DNA from: Macrostomum hystrix | Taxonomy: Eukaryota; Animalia; Platyhelminthes | DNA: 64,000 bases | Assembly: GCA_950097015.1 (NCBI GenBank) | Contig: CATNEN010000025.1 | Location: 1,612,001 to 1,676,000 of the forward strand | Direction: 5' to 3' | Part shown: positions 34,131 through 47,699 of the stretch, in pieces | How the letters are laid out: the number at the start of each line of letters is the position of its first letter | Position numbering within the stretch: position 1 is the first letter of the stretch | Notes under the pieces: model-generated | What the model was told of the DNA's origin: nothing | Seen by the model: only the letters and a program-made list of their open reading frames with translations | Database searches by the model: none | Translations under genes and position numbers: made by a program

Positions 34131-35889
34131 GTATGTCATGAAGGATTTAAATGTAAGATTTAAATTTAAATTGAATCAAGTAATCCATTTAGGCACATAC
34201 TCGTAATTGAATAGCCAGACAACAGTCAAGTCATTTGAACTATAGACTGAACTGGATAGTGAGAACGAAAGTCGTGGCAGAATTAGTAGAGCAAACAAAA
34301 AGGAACCATCTGGAAATTTTTGACTAAATCAATATGCACTAGTGTACGAATCTATAAAGACTTTTAAGATAATGTAACCTGTTTGTTATCTTAGCAAACA
34401 ATCGGTCATTAAACAGAATGACTCAAAATTACACACATGCTTGTACTAATATAGACAGCTGGGATTGTTGAGTCTTGGATTGATAGAGACGTTGCGACTG
34501 AGATAATTAGGTTGAGAAAAAAGGGATTGAAAAAAATAAATTTATATACGAGCGTAGATAACGGAGCTGTAGGCAGATCTCTAATCTAATAATAAAAATA
34601 TTTTATTTCGGTACCAGTTTCTGTTCCAATGTCTCGCGCTTATTTGTTTCTGTGCCCTGAAACAAACAATGTACAGCAAGCTTTTTACTTTCTCCGTCAT
34701 TTTTTTCTATTCAAAGTTCACATCACATCGTGTCTACTCAAAGTAGAGAGTTCTGTATGTCAGTAAAATTTCTCCAAAAGAAATCAAAACAAAGACTTAT
34801 AGATTTCAGTAGCATATAAATATTTACTACGATTGATTGAAACTATTATATTTTATGTCTAATTATATGAAATTGTAATGTCTGTTTGCTTTCATTTACA
34901 ACATCCTGAAATTTGACACAGAAATGTGCAGGAAGAGAGAATTAAATTAATTGCAGAACTGGGCATGCACCCATCATAAAATTGCTAAAAATAGAATTTG
35001 TGAATGAAATATGAAATTTGAGTGGTAGACTAAGTTCAAGTACTGTGTGTTGCTGCTACAAGGTTGTATAGTATTATTGCGAGCAGTCGTAACTACAATA
35101 TATTATTATCTCAAAATTATAACAATTTTAATTTGGTCACTGAAAATACAATCAGAATCTATGCAATTCATTCCAAATTAGCCAATTAGATTATAATAGT
35201 TAAACCTCAGTCCTGTTTGATGAAGTGAATAAAGCGATCCTGATCCATATTTTTGTGTTAACAGTAATAGATTTCCTTCTACTTCAGTGTGGACTGTGGA
35301 TCCATAACATTGCTATATAGAAGTTTTTGTCAATAAAACTGGATTGAAAAGGATTCATATAAACTACAGAAAAATTGACAATGAAATGTTTTGCCTTTTT
35401 TTAAGATTCAAGGCATTTTTTTCTAAATAAGAAAAGTAAAAAAATGTTCTAAAACTTTGATTGAAACAAACAGCATTTCAGCATGTACTTCGAATTAAAT
35501 TGAAAATTTATTTCAAAAGTGTTTATAATAAGACATCATTTATTCCAGATTTCAAGCCAGATTTCTGATATTTGAGAAAGAATGTGTTCCACTAATATTT
35601 GCATAAAGTAGTGTAACTCTCACACTGCTAATTAAGTTGAGTATTTATAATGTACAAAAGTCTTTGTCCTTATGTACAAATAAATTTTTTTTTAAAAACA
35701 TTGCATGCTAGAGCAACTTTACTTGTAGTTCATTGCCATTTACTTTAAAACACATGCATCAGCTAGAGATTTTCTTTAGCATTACCAGCTAGGTGTCACT
35801 TTCAAATCAGATAGTTTAAATGTTGTCATTCAAACATTTGTCATTCAAACCTGCAGTCACTGCAGAGGCCTTAAACACATCCAATAATG

Positions 35890-36650
35890 TAGCCTGACCC
35901 TCACCTGACCCCTATACCAGTTCAGTGAAGCCTGACACCCTCACACCTGTCAGTGAAGCCTGACACCCTGACACCTCTCAGTGAAGCCTGACACCCACAC
36001 ACCGATCAGTGAGGCCTGACCCTCCATCTACCGGTTAGTGAGGCCTGACCCTCAACCGGTCGGTGAGGCCTGACCCTCCATACCTCCATACACAGGTCAG
36101 TGAGGCCTGACCCTCCATACACAGGTCAGTGAGGCCTGACCCTCCATCAACCGGTCGGTGAGGCCTGACCCTCCATACCTCCATACACAGGTCAGTGAGG
36201 CCTGACCCTCCATACACAGGTCAGTGAGGCCTGACCCTCCATCAACCGGTCGGTGAGGCCTGACCCTCCATCCACCGGTTAATGAGGCCTGCCCCTCCAT
36301 CAACCGGTTAGTGAGGCCTGACCCTCCATACACAGGTCAGTGAGGCATGACCCTCCATCTACCGGTCAGTGAGGCCTGACCCACCATCCACCGCGGTCAG
36401 TGAGGCCTGACCCACCATCCACCGCGGTTAGTGAGGCCTGACCCTCCATCCACCGCGGTTAGTGAGGCCTGACCCTCCATCCACCGCGGTTAGTGAGGCC
36501 TGACCCTCCATCCACCGCGGTTAGTGAGGCCTGACCCTCAGTGAGGCCTGACCCTCCATCCACCGCGGTTAGTGAGGCCTGACCCTCCATCCACCGCGGT
36601 TAGTGAGGCCTGACCCTCCATCCACCGGTCAGTTTGGCCTGACAGAATCC
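35890..36650. repeat. Variable about 29-31 bp minisatellite (GTGAGGCCTGACCCTCCATCCACCGCGGTTA)n
   Basis: Tandem units with several interleaved variants. Confidence 0.9.
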
Positions 36651-38321
36651 GGGAACTGACACCCTGACAACCAAGGCGTCACACTACATGAGGTCTAGGC
36701 TAAACAAAGCTTGACTATTTTTGTATAAATTAATTTTTCAGGAGCGGACCACCCAAGCCTTTTTACGTTTTGCTTTTTGTATCTCTCGAAACTAGATCGT
36801 ATTTATCTGCATTTATCAGGATAGTCAAGTTTATAAATATCTGACTGATTCGTATTGTATCTACTGCCTCTTTTCTTCTCTCCCTGTATACAATTCACGA
36901 GCATATAATATATATTTGAATAGCGTACCCAACACAGCCCGAATTAGGATTACATTTTTATAGAAGTCTAACACTTGAGTGGACTATATTATGCAGGAAA
37001 CAACAATAAACTGAAATGTCGAAATGATGCAGCGTTGGGTCATCTATCACATGATTCACATCATACACTGTAACACTCGTATAATGCATTGAATATTGGG
37101 GAATCAACATTTGACACTTGGGATGTGGTTTTAGATGTCGATTGTTACATAACACGTGACCTTGAATGTGTTAAATGAATAGTGAAAGTGTATATTGCAT
37201 GATTTGGATAACACCGCGGCAGACCCGAATTATAGATATTTTTTGCCAATCATTTTGTAGCGCATTGTATACAGAACACAAACTTGGACAGGTCTTCTGT
37301 CTTCTGTCATATTACATGGTTTTCCACATTGTAGTTTGAGGATTGCAAAGGACTGGGGCTGTCAAGTTTCTAGTATGAATGCTGTAGCCTGTAAGTGTAG
37401 CTTTAAGTGTATATTTCTAAACAGACATCTAGCAGTCTACACACACAACGAAATCAGGGAGCCAAAACCTATATAGCAAAGCCCTGCGCGTACCGCGTCT
37501 TTCAAAGTTTCCATCGTGTGTGGTTGCGACGTATAAACGGTATATAATGAAGGTGCTAATTAACTGTACACAAAAAATATCCATTTAGATTTCATAATTT
37601 AGAAAAATAAATATGACACAAAATGTTGGCATGGGATAGCCAACAAATTGAAAAAAAACGTTTAACAATGAAAACGTTGGATTTCCTATTTCAACTTGCA
37701 ACTTGAAAGCATAAACGAGGAATGGCATAGGAACTAAAAGAAAATCACGCTTCAAGGGGGGTGTGGACTCAAACAATAATTCCAATATAGCTTCACAACC
37801 TCTCTTTGGCAAACAGCCAAATGCCCAGTGTCACCTGTCAATAGCCCAGGCCCTATTATGGAGAGAATCGGGAAAAACGGTCTCCGACATTTGAGACCCC
37901 ACGCACACACGCATGCATGCATTCACAATGTGTGCAATGGGTTACGCTTGAGTTTATATCGCTTTGATGGGCGAATATCGAAGTTACATTAAGGTTTGGT
38001 TTCCATGCGGGCATTGTGGTGCAATTGGGTTGCGATTTTGCTTTGGATAAGACTCACAATAAGACAAGCTGAACATTGTTGTTGATTCGGCTTCTAATTG
38101 TGTCTGTTGTGTCCTAATGGTTTTACTGTTTATTGTTGAAGTACAATGCTCCTCGATTATTAATTTTATTTTAACTCGGGGAACGATTCTATTTCCTTAA
38201 AATCATAGAATCATAATAACGATCTCTGTAATATTAGAAAACTTTCATTTCAATTTAGAAATTCAATAGAAATTGCACCTCCACCCGATCACCCAGTTAA
38301 GCCATAGGTATAGCCGCAGCT

Positions 38322-38579
38322 ATATAATACAATAGTAATAATTTGGTGACACTAGACCCGCAGCCAGCGAGGAGGCAATTCTGCCCATTTCGCTGACTCC
38401 TGGGCACACACGCACGCAGATACTGTACGCAGGCACACGCTCACACAGGTGTGTACATCTGCCCTGACTTTCTCATCGTCAGGCAGTGAACACTTCACAG
38501 TGCTTTGGAGGTTGGCCCTCAAGGGCGTAAATTGCACGACAAGCCCCCAATCCTTCTCTCCGCGGCTGCCACCGACCAC
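38322..38579 (-). mobile_element. SINE family 1 copy with internal deletion, flanked by an 11-bp target duplication
   Basis: TAGCCGCAGCT at 38311-38321 and 38580-38590; the head GGTCGGTGGCAG is fused to CCGCGGAGAG, removing the B box. Confidence 0.85.
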
Positions 38580-38826
38580 TAGCCGCAGCTTTTGCGTGCC
38601 GCTTTCAACGGCTGTGTACAGCTGTTCAGTCCGTGGACTGGAAGATCACCCACTCACCCAACTTTCTGCCCCAATTGATGCTGACATCCATTTTACAGCT
38701 GGGTGGACTGAGGCAATAGGGAGTTAAAAAAATTCTTTCACAAGGAAACAAAAACTCTCTTTTGGGCTGAGATTCGAACTCCCGACCCTCGGTCAGAACT
38801 CCAAAGCTCTACCCAACGGGCCACAA
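38580..38826 (-). mobile_element. SINE family 2: tRNA-derived head plus CORE-like segment
   Basis: Minus strand: TGGCCCGTTGG (A box), GGAGTTCGAATCT (B box), then TTAACTCCCTATTGCCTCAGTCCACCCAGCTGTAAAATGG, resembling the 3' half of the MIR/CORE consensus as I recall it. Confidence 0.7.
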
Positions 38827-40129
38827 GCTGACATATCCGTGTACTTTAACATCAAATTATACAGGCTAGAATTCGAAGTCCCACAACTCAGAAGTCCACA
38901 GTACAAGTATTCTTGGTCATGGAGTGAGTGTTCTCAAAATTAATTTTCTGAGTCGAAAACGATTCCCAGTTATCCCGACCTATTCCTATAAAGCTTTTGA
39001 TTTCCACTTGTCGAAATCCTATAACTGGTCTGTAGTTGTTTAATAGTATCGTTCACCATTATTCGTATCTCATTTGTTTACAAAAATAGCGATAAGAAAA
39101 CACAAACACGCGCAGTGATTCAGTGCCCCCGAACTCAACACAATGTGCGAACTTTAGAAACTAGAAAAAGAGAACAGAAAACACAGCTGGGGCCTACCTG
39201 AGCCAAAACTCTGCCGACTGACTGTCCAAGTGGGCACCCGGGATGAGTCACCGTCTGCCAGTTCTCCCCCTAGATTACTTCTTCCTATTTTTGCTTCTCC
39301 AATTCTTCAGACCTCTTCAGTGTGATCCCCCACAGTCGCGCTATTAAACAGCTGTTCAATGTGAACAGTTTAATTGCTTTTGGCTTTGTGAAGGGAGATA
39401 CAACGTGATACAACGTGAAGGGAGTTTTTTTATGAATGCAAACAGAATAGTTGATGAAAAGTGCACACCTTCAATTTAGCGTAAACAGCTGACTAAGGGG
39501 ACTTATAAACTATTAGTATTAGCTTAGGGAACAAAGACCATTTTTACGAGCTATAGGGCAAAAATCGTTTCTGTGCAATGCCAATTTGGCATCCAGTGGT
39601 GAAGCTGCACAATTGTGACTGACTGGCCAACATTGTGCTCCATTTGAAATCCTCATATTCAGTCAGGTCGCGAGCTTTGCAAATTCAAACGATACATTAT
39701 ACAGGCCTATCTTAGCAGGGGTTTAGGTGGGCTTGTAAAACTATTCTTTGGAATTTCTTACGCTAAATAAAAGCTGTATGAATGCGTTTCTCTATAGCAT
39801 CTGCCAGCCTCCCTAGGCGCGGTGATAATTATAGGGACTTTGGGATCTGGGCCAGACACACGGGCAGCCCCAGCCAGCCTGCATCTTTGCCTCCAAAACT
39901 TTTATACGATCCTCATTCATTGCTTCATCAACCAGTTTCAATTGGGCTGGTGACAATGGCCTGTGAGGGCTGTGATTCGGTGAGGAATACGAAAAAGGCA
40001 TATAATGCGATTTATCATCTGCTGTGCATCTGCCCATTCATTTTGGTATTCTGGTTATCCCAGATATTCTGGGATATTCTTGTTATCCTTACCGTTGATA
40101 GGTCAGTTATACTGTTGACTAACAAACTG

Positions 40130-40928
40130 GGACACCTGAGAGTGTAATGACTGACCCACTGAAACACCTGAGAGTGTAATGACTGACCCACTGAAACACA
40201 TGAGAGTGTAATGACTGACCCACTGAAACACCTGAGAGTGTAATGACTGACCCACTGAAACACCTGAGAGTGTAATCACTGACCCACTGATACACATGAG
40301 AGTGTAATGACTGACCCACTGAAACACCTGAGAGTGTAATGACTGACCCACTGAAACACCTGAGAGTGTAATGACTGACCCACTGAAACACCTGAGAGTG
40401 TAATGACTGACCCACTGAAACACCTGAGAGTGTAATGACTGACCCACTGAAACACCTGAGAGTGTAATGACTGACCCACTGAAACACCTGAGAGTGTAAT
40501 GACTGACCCACTGAAACACCTGAGAGTGTAATGACTGACCCACTGAAACACCTGAGAGTGTAATGACTGACCCACTGAAACACCTGAGAGTGTAATGACT
40601 GACCCACTGAAACACCTGAGAGTGTAATGACTGACCCACTGAAACACCTGAGAGTGTAATGACTGACCCACTGAAACACCTGAGAGTGTAATGACTGACC
40701 CACTGAAACACCTGAGAGTGTAATGACTGACCCACTGAAACACCTGAGAGTGTAATGACTGACCCACTGAAACACCTGAGAGTGTAATGACTGACCCACT
40801 GAAACACCTGAGAGTGTAATGACTGACCCACTGAAACACCTGAGAGTGTAATGACTGACCCACTGAAACACCTGAGAGTGTAATGACTGACCCACTGAAA
40901 CACCTGAGAGTGTAATGACTGACCCACT
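40130..40928. repeat. 32-bp minisatellite (GAGAGTGTAATGACTGACCCACTGAAACACCT)n
   Basis: About 25 nearly identical units. Confidence 0.95.
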
Positions 40929-41884
40929 AAGGACATATAAGAAAATGTTACTTTCTGAATACTTGAATCTCGAATCAGAATTATTTGATGGTCTCGTTGA
41001 CTCATCCGCATGTACTCAAAATGCATTATTTCTATAGTTTTATTCAGGAAATGTATTAATACTGACGCAACATATTTTACAATCGTATTTCTTTCTTTCA
41101 ACCAAAAATGTCGCTAATTGAAGCATTTATTTATAGTCCTCACGAAACTAAAATGTCACGATGTCAACATCAATAATATTTTTGTATGAAGATAATAAGG
41201 TGAGAACTAAATTTTGCAACTTAAATTTGCAAAAAACACAAATTTCCTTGCGCATAGAAACTGTCAATCATGATTTTTGATGCAACAATTGTGAACGAAT
41301 GAAAACATCGAATACACGAATCTGACAATAACCTCACCTTGTGCTTATAGCCCTTAGCGAGGCAGACCTTAACACCCCCTGTGGCTCTGCTTGGATGTAT
41401 ATGTTGGAACTGATAAAAATAATTGTACCATTGTTGCAATTAGGGCCTTGATTGTATATTATTCATTTGGTGTTAACTGAAGCTAAGCTAGAAAAAAATT
41501 GCCCCAATCACTAGCTAAGATCAGTCGGTTAAATGATGGATAATCATCATGGACTGATGGGGAAACCTTGATTATATAGGGGCTATGACGACCCGGAGAT
41601 TCGACATTATTGAGAAAGTGGGTATTGCAGGGTTTTGAAAATGCGCGCGGAAGCGTGTGACAGGAGGCCTTGAGTTCTGCTCAAGCTTATATCTAGAAAC
41701 TAACTCAGTCTTGAATGTCAACTTTTTATAATAGTCTGGGTCGAATACTTTGCAGTGCGTGTAAAAAATGTGACTATGATTTACAGAACTAAATATTTTC
41801 GCCACGAAGGTTAAAGACATCCCTATGAGCTTCAATAAAAATGTAATCTGAATTTACCTATGAATCCAAGAGTCCAAGAAATGC

Positions 41885-44100
41885 TTGGGATTACTCTGGG
41901 ATTTGCTTGGGATTACTCTCGGATTTGCTTCCCATCACTATGGGATTTGCTTTCCATCACTATGGGATTTGCTTGGGATTACTCTTGGATTTGCTTCCCA
42001 TCACTATGGGATTTGCTTGGGATTACTCTTGGATTTGCTTCCCATCACTATGGGATTTGCTTTCCATCACTATGGGATTTGCTTTCCATCACTCTGGGAT
42101 TTGCTTTCCATCACTATGGGATTTGCTTTCCATCACTATGGGATTTGCTTTCCATCACTATGGGATTTGCTTCCTATCACTATGGGATTATTTGCTTTCC
42201 ATCACTATGGGATTTGCTTGGGATTACTCTTGGATTTGCTTCCCATCACTATGGGATTTGCTTTCCATCACTATGGGATTTGCTTTCCATCACTCTGGGA
42301 ATTGCTTTCCATCACTATGGGATTTGCTTTCCATCACTATGGGATTTGCTTTCCATCACTATGGGATTTGCTTCCTATCACTATGGGATTATTTGCTTTC
42401 CATCACTATGGGATTATTTGCTTTCCATCACTCTGGGATTTGCTTTCCATCACTATGGGATTATTTGCTTTCCATCACTATGGGATTTGCTTTCCATCAC
42501 TCTGGGATTTGCTTTCCATCACTATGGGATTATTTGCTTTCCATCACTATGGGATTTGCTTCCTATCACTATGGGATTTGCTTTCCATCACTATGGGATT
42601 TGCTTTCCATCACTATGGGATTTGCTTTCCATCACTCTGGGATTTGCTTCCTATCACTATGGGATTATTTGCTTTCCATCACTATGGGATTATTTGCTTT
42701 CCATCACTATGGGATTTGCTTTCCATCACTATGGGATTTGCTTTCCATCACTATGGGATTTGCTTTCCATCACTCTGGAATTTGCTTCCTATCACTATGG
42801 GATTTGCTTTCCATCACTATGGGATTTGCTTTCCATCACTCTGGGATTTGCTTTCCATCACTATGGGATTTGCTTTCCATCACTATGGGATTATTTGCTT
42901 TCCATCACTATGGGATTTGCTTCCTATCACTATGGGATTTGCTTTCCATCACTATGGGATTTGCTTTCCATCACTATTGGATTTGCTTTCCATCACTCTG
43001 GGATTTGCTTCCTATCACTATGGGATTATTTGCTTTCCATCACTATGGGATTTGCTTTCCATCACTATGGGATTTGTTTTCCATCACTATGGGATTTGCT
43101 TTCCATCACTATGGGATTTGCTTTCCATCACTCTGGGATTTGCTTCCTATCACTATGGGATTATTTGCTTTCCATCACTATGGGATTTGCTTTCCATCAC
43201 TATGGGATTTGCTTTCCATCACTATGGGATTATTTGCTTTCCATCACTCTGGGATTTGCTTTCCATCACTATGGGATTATTTGCTTTCCATCACTCTGGG
43301 ATTTGCTTTCCATCACTATGGGATTATTTGCTTTCCATCACTCTGGGATTTGCTTTCCATCACTATGGGATTATTTGCTTTCCATCACTATGGGATTTGC
43401 TTTCCATCACTCTGGGATTTGCTTCCTATCACTATGGGATTATTTGCTTTCCATCACTATGGGATTTGCTTTCCATCACTATGGGATTATTTGCTTTCCA
43501 TCACTATGGGATTTGCTTTCCATCACTATGGGATTATTTGCTTTCCATCACTATGGGATTTGCTTTCCATCACTATGGGATTATTTGCTTTCCATCACTC
43601 TGGGATTTGCTTTCCATCACTATGGGATTATTTGCTTTCCATCACTATGGGATTTGCTTTCCATCACTATGGGATTATTTGCTTTCCATCACTCTGGGAT
43701 TTGCTTTCCATCACTATGGGATTATTTGCTTTCCATCACTCTGGGATTTGCTTTCCATCACTATGGGATTATTTGCTTTCCATCACTATGGGATTTGCTT
43801 TCCATCACTCTGGGATTTGCTTTCCATCACTATGGGATTTGCTTTCCATTACTCTGGGATTTGCTTCCTATCACTATGGGATTATTTGCTTTCCATCACT
43901 CTGGGATTTGCTTTCCATCACTCTGGGATTTGCTTCCCATCACTATGGGATTTGCTTTCCATCACTCTGGGATTTGCTTTCCATCACTCTGGGATTTGCT
44001 TTCCATCACTCTGGGATTTTCTTATGGATCTCTCTGAGATTTTCTTGTGGATCACTCTGAGATTTTCTTGTGGATCACTCTGGGATTTCTCGGAGATCAC
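41885..44100. repeat. 22/25-bp minisatellite (GGGATT[ATT]TGCTTTCCATCACTAT)n
   Basis: 2.2-kb array; source of three overlapping ORFs of more than 700 aa. Confidence 0.95.
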
Positions 44101-44849
44101 TCTATGGGAAAATTTATTATTTTTAGTTCATCTATATTACTTTAAAATTATTCCTGTTTCACTTTCCTACTAATGAAATGACCGCAGTGACTCGACGGCA
44201 TTTTGTAAACATCATTTTGGTGAAGCTCGGAACACCTGAAATCAAAATAAATAAATTCTTGACTGGCTGGCAAAATCGATTGCGTGTCCACAATCGAAAT
44301 GATTGCCTCACCCTCACACCTGGATAGGATGCAATGGCCCTGCTGGCTTGACGTCTAGCGTGCATCGTTTTGACAGCTGGCCCTGCCCGCACAGGCTGAA
44401 CAAAACCCATCCGAACAATGCACAGTTGACTCAGACAAGACTCAACTCAAGCAGGATCTAGATTAGCCTACTACAATACCAATAGATATCTAATCAAGCC
44501 GCCAACTAAATCGTTTGGGCCGCGCAGCAATGTATTAGTCTTTTGGTTCAGCGAAGCGGCACTTTTCTCGGTATTGGGGATAACGTCAGAGCTTAAGATT
44601 TCACCATAGTCTATTCAAATGAATTCTCAAGCCAGGTGAAAAGAAACCCTTGAGGCTATGAGCTCTAGAGTTATTCGGCTTCTTCTCATTGCAACGCCCC
44701 ACAGCTGGTGACCCGCACCCTGCCCGCCTCCTCAACACCCGGATAGAAATCGTAACCCCGTTCTAGGCGTTCACTCAATAGCTATATATTGTGATATTCT
44801 GTCTGTTGTCTAGGGAGAAAAGCATCCCAGGTAAAAAGGATACAAATCC

Positions 44850-45070
44850 CCCTGGGATAAAAATCCTTGGGATAAAAACCCGGGATAAAAACCCCCGGGA
44901 TAAAAATCCCCGGGATAAAAATCCTTGGGATAAAAATCCTTGGGATAAAAATCCTTGGGATAAAAATCCTTGGGATAAAAATCCTTGGGATAAAAATCCT
45001 TGGGATAAAAATCCTTGGGATAAAAATCCTTGGGATAAAAATCCTTGGGATAAAAATCCTTGGGATAAAA
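44850..45070. repeat. 15-bp minisatellite (GGGATAAAAATCCTT)n
   Basis: Visible tandem units. Confidence 0.92.
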
Positions 45071-46219
45071 ATGCGAAGCATAAAAATCCCAAGGAAAAAA
45101 TCAGTGCACATTGCTAGTTATCATCCGAACTCATTAAACAATATTTTATATCACGCAGTTATGTTCTATCAGTTAAGCTTTTATTAATCACCCCAAAAAA
45201 TGGAATCTTAACCAAGATTTTAACCAAGCCTTCTGTTACTAAAAAGCTGGTCCATTGTGTTAGTTTTAGAATCTATCGAGGCTAAGAGATCTCATAGCTA
45301 TATTGCGGGTGGGGCCTGGCCTGGCCGGGTGTCCTAGAAAGCGAGGGAAACGAGGGAGTGTGAGGGGGGTTTCCCCATTATTCGCTCGCGTGCCACGAGT
45401 GATAGAAGCGAAGTGGGCTCTGTTGTGTGCCATTGTGGGGGTGGTGAGTGGGTAGGCCTTTGGTATCGGTGCCCGGGCCAAATGGCATTTAGAAATGCGT
45501 TGTGCGGGCGGGCTGTGGAGGCATTTCTTCCCTCTTTCCCCCCTTCTGTCCGCTTCTTGATTATTCATAGCTTCGATAGCTAGGGGCCTTATCAACTATA
45601 ATATAACTGATACATAATACTATAGTTTAAAGCGTATTAACAATGAATATGACTTTGTGGTGGGTAGCTAGACGTAGGACAGAAGAAGGACGGCTATTCA
45701 GTATTCAGTTCTGGTCGAGCTACAGGAAGAAAGCAGGAGACGACAAGAAATTTCCAACAGCACCCCAATCGTGCCGCTCCAGCAGACACAAAGACCTCGA
45801 CTGGGACCCGAGCACAAAGACCCGAGAAACGCCTTCAAAACACTTGCATACTGGTGGACCTGCAGCCGGACGGACACGGGCCAAATAGATGGTTAAAATA
45901 GATGGAGAATGGACAGACAAGAAATATGACTAGGTTTTCAAAGAATGGGCCTGATTATGCAATCAAAACCAAACCAACGGATGTCATTCTATATAGCATC
46001 GGTGGGTCCAAGGGGGGGCCAGGCAAGCACCTTCTTTGACGGTGAATGTACAGGCGCAGGACCAAAGCCTCAACAACTATGATTAAAGGATTCTACGAGT
46101 ATGTAAAATGTGCGGACATGAGGGACAGGACGAAGGATGATACGTTTGTTAGAATGGGCTTTAAAAACACTTTAGCAAAGCGAAATGAAAAATGATGAAA
46201 AAATAGACTTGTATCCAGT

Positions 46220-46735
46220 AGAGATTAGAGAGAATGGTCAGAAGAGAGAGAGACAGAGAGATGAGGCAAGAGACAGGAGAGACAGGAGAGAGGAGAGACA
46301 GGAGAGAGGAGAGAGAAGAGACAGGAGAGAGGAGAGAGATGAGACAAGAGAGAGAAGAGACAGGAGAGAGGAGAGACAGGAGAGAGGAGAGACAGGAGAG
46401 AAAAGAGAGAAAAGACAAGAGAGAGAAGAGACAGGAGAGAGAAGAGACAAGAGAGAGGAGAGAGAAAAGACAAGAGAGAGAAGAGAGATGAGACAAGAGA
46501 GAGAAGAGACAGGAGAGAGGAGAGACAGGAGAGAGGAGAGAGAAAAGACAAGAGAGAGAAGAGACAGGAGAGAGAAGAGACAAGAGAGAGGAGAGAGAAA
46601 AGACAAGAGAGAAAAGAGAGATGAGACAGGAGAGAGAAGAGAGATGATGCAAGATAGCGAGAGAGAAGAGACAGGGAGACAAAGAGTAGAGAGGCGAGAC
46701 AGGAGAGAGGAGACAGGAGATACAGAGTAGAGAAG
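46220..46735. repeat. Purine-rich (GA/GACA) low-complexity repeat
   Basis: Degenerate GAGAGGAGAGACAG units. Confidence 0.85.
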
Positions 46736-47699
46736 AGGCAGGGAAGAGTGGAGACTGAGGAGAATCGCATTTGTCATCACAATGTATCATGAAACTAGTC
46801 ATGTCAGAGAGTCATGTAGAAGCAATTAAAATTGTGTTGAAATGCAAAACAGCAGCAACATGTGATGCAACATTTCTGCATGTCAATGCTTTTGAAATCG
46901 CGGCCTATGATGCATAAAATTACTGAAAATGAGCCAAATTTGCATGCAGCACAAGCTGCATAATTTTGTATATCTTCATGGAACAAAGACTTCTCAGAAG
47001 CTATGACTACCGCTTCAGTTTGTAAACTCAAAAGGTCTTTGTCAGGAGTCGCGGGACAAAGCCAAGCATTTATTTTTAGCGTACATCTACCATCTGCACA
47101 TTCGTATCTGTACGCTGAAGACAGGGAAGCCTTGGTGAGGGCTCATAGCAACAAAAACTCCAGCCAGTCATATCTTTCCATCCAGTTTATGCATTTGGCC
47201 GGATAAACACACAAAGCATATGTATATCCTTTACTGAACCGGACGGAAGTAAGGGCACTGCATGAAAAATATTAGAGGAAGTAAAAAATAGCGGAAGTGT
47301 AAACTGTAAACTGTTCGAGCTAATTATTCGATTATAACTCATAATAAGACTTTCTGACTGATAATGTAAATCTAGCTCTTCAAATATAAATTCTCGATTC
47401 CTTAAGGACCTCCTTGTAAGCTGAATGTTTGAGTGGCGAATCGCACTGCAGTCCAAGAAACTTATCCTTATCGAATAAGCGAATCGAATCGAATTGAGTT
47501 GAAGATTGAAATAATAACATTGGAATCTAAATGCAAGGTGCCCTGGCACAGGAAATCTCAGGCGATAATTGATTAAAAGGCAGGAGAAATTATTGGCGCA
47601 CCGATCATCGTTGACAGTATCTTATTGTGCGATCTGAAGGCATCATTATATATGTTGGTTAATTGTGAGCTGCGTGAACTGATACAGACAGAGTAGCCA

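Noticed and set aside
21138-37150. Scattered CACGTG E-boxes near BMAL1 as autoregulatory sites
   Set aside because: The few I noticed are dispersed (one is inside a coding exon) and no more frequent than chance.
38764-38826. tRNA-like sequence on the minus strand as a real tRNA gene
   Set aside because: Acceptor and anticodon stems are broken and it continues into a repeat body, so it is a SINE head.
41860-44173. Three overlapping plus-strand ORFs of more than 700 aa
   Set aside because: Product of a stop-free 22/25-bp array; all three frames give the same permuted peptide.
45300-46150. GC-richer island with short ORFs, possible decayed retroelement
   Set aside because: No recognisable RT, endonuclease or transposase motif, no termini, and multiple stops; cannot be supported.
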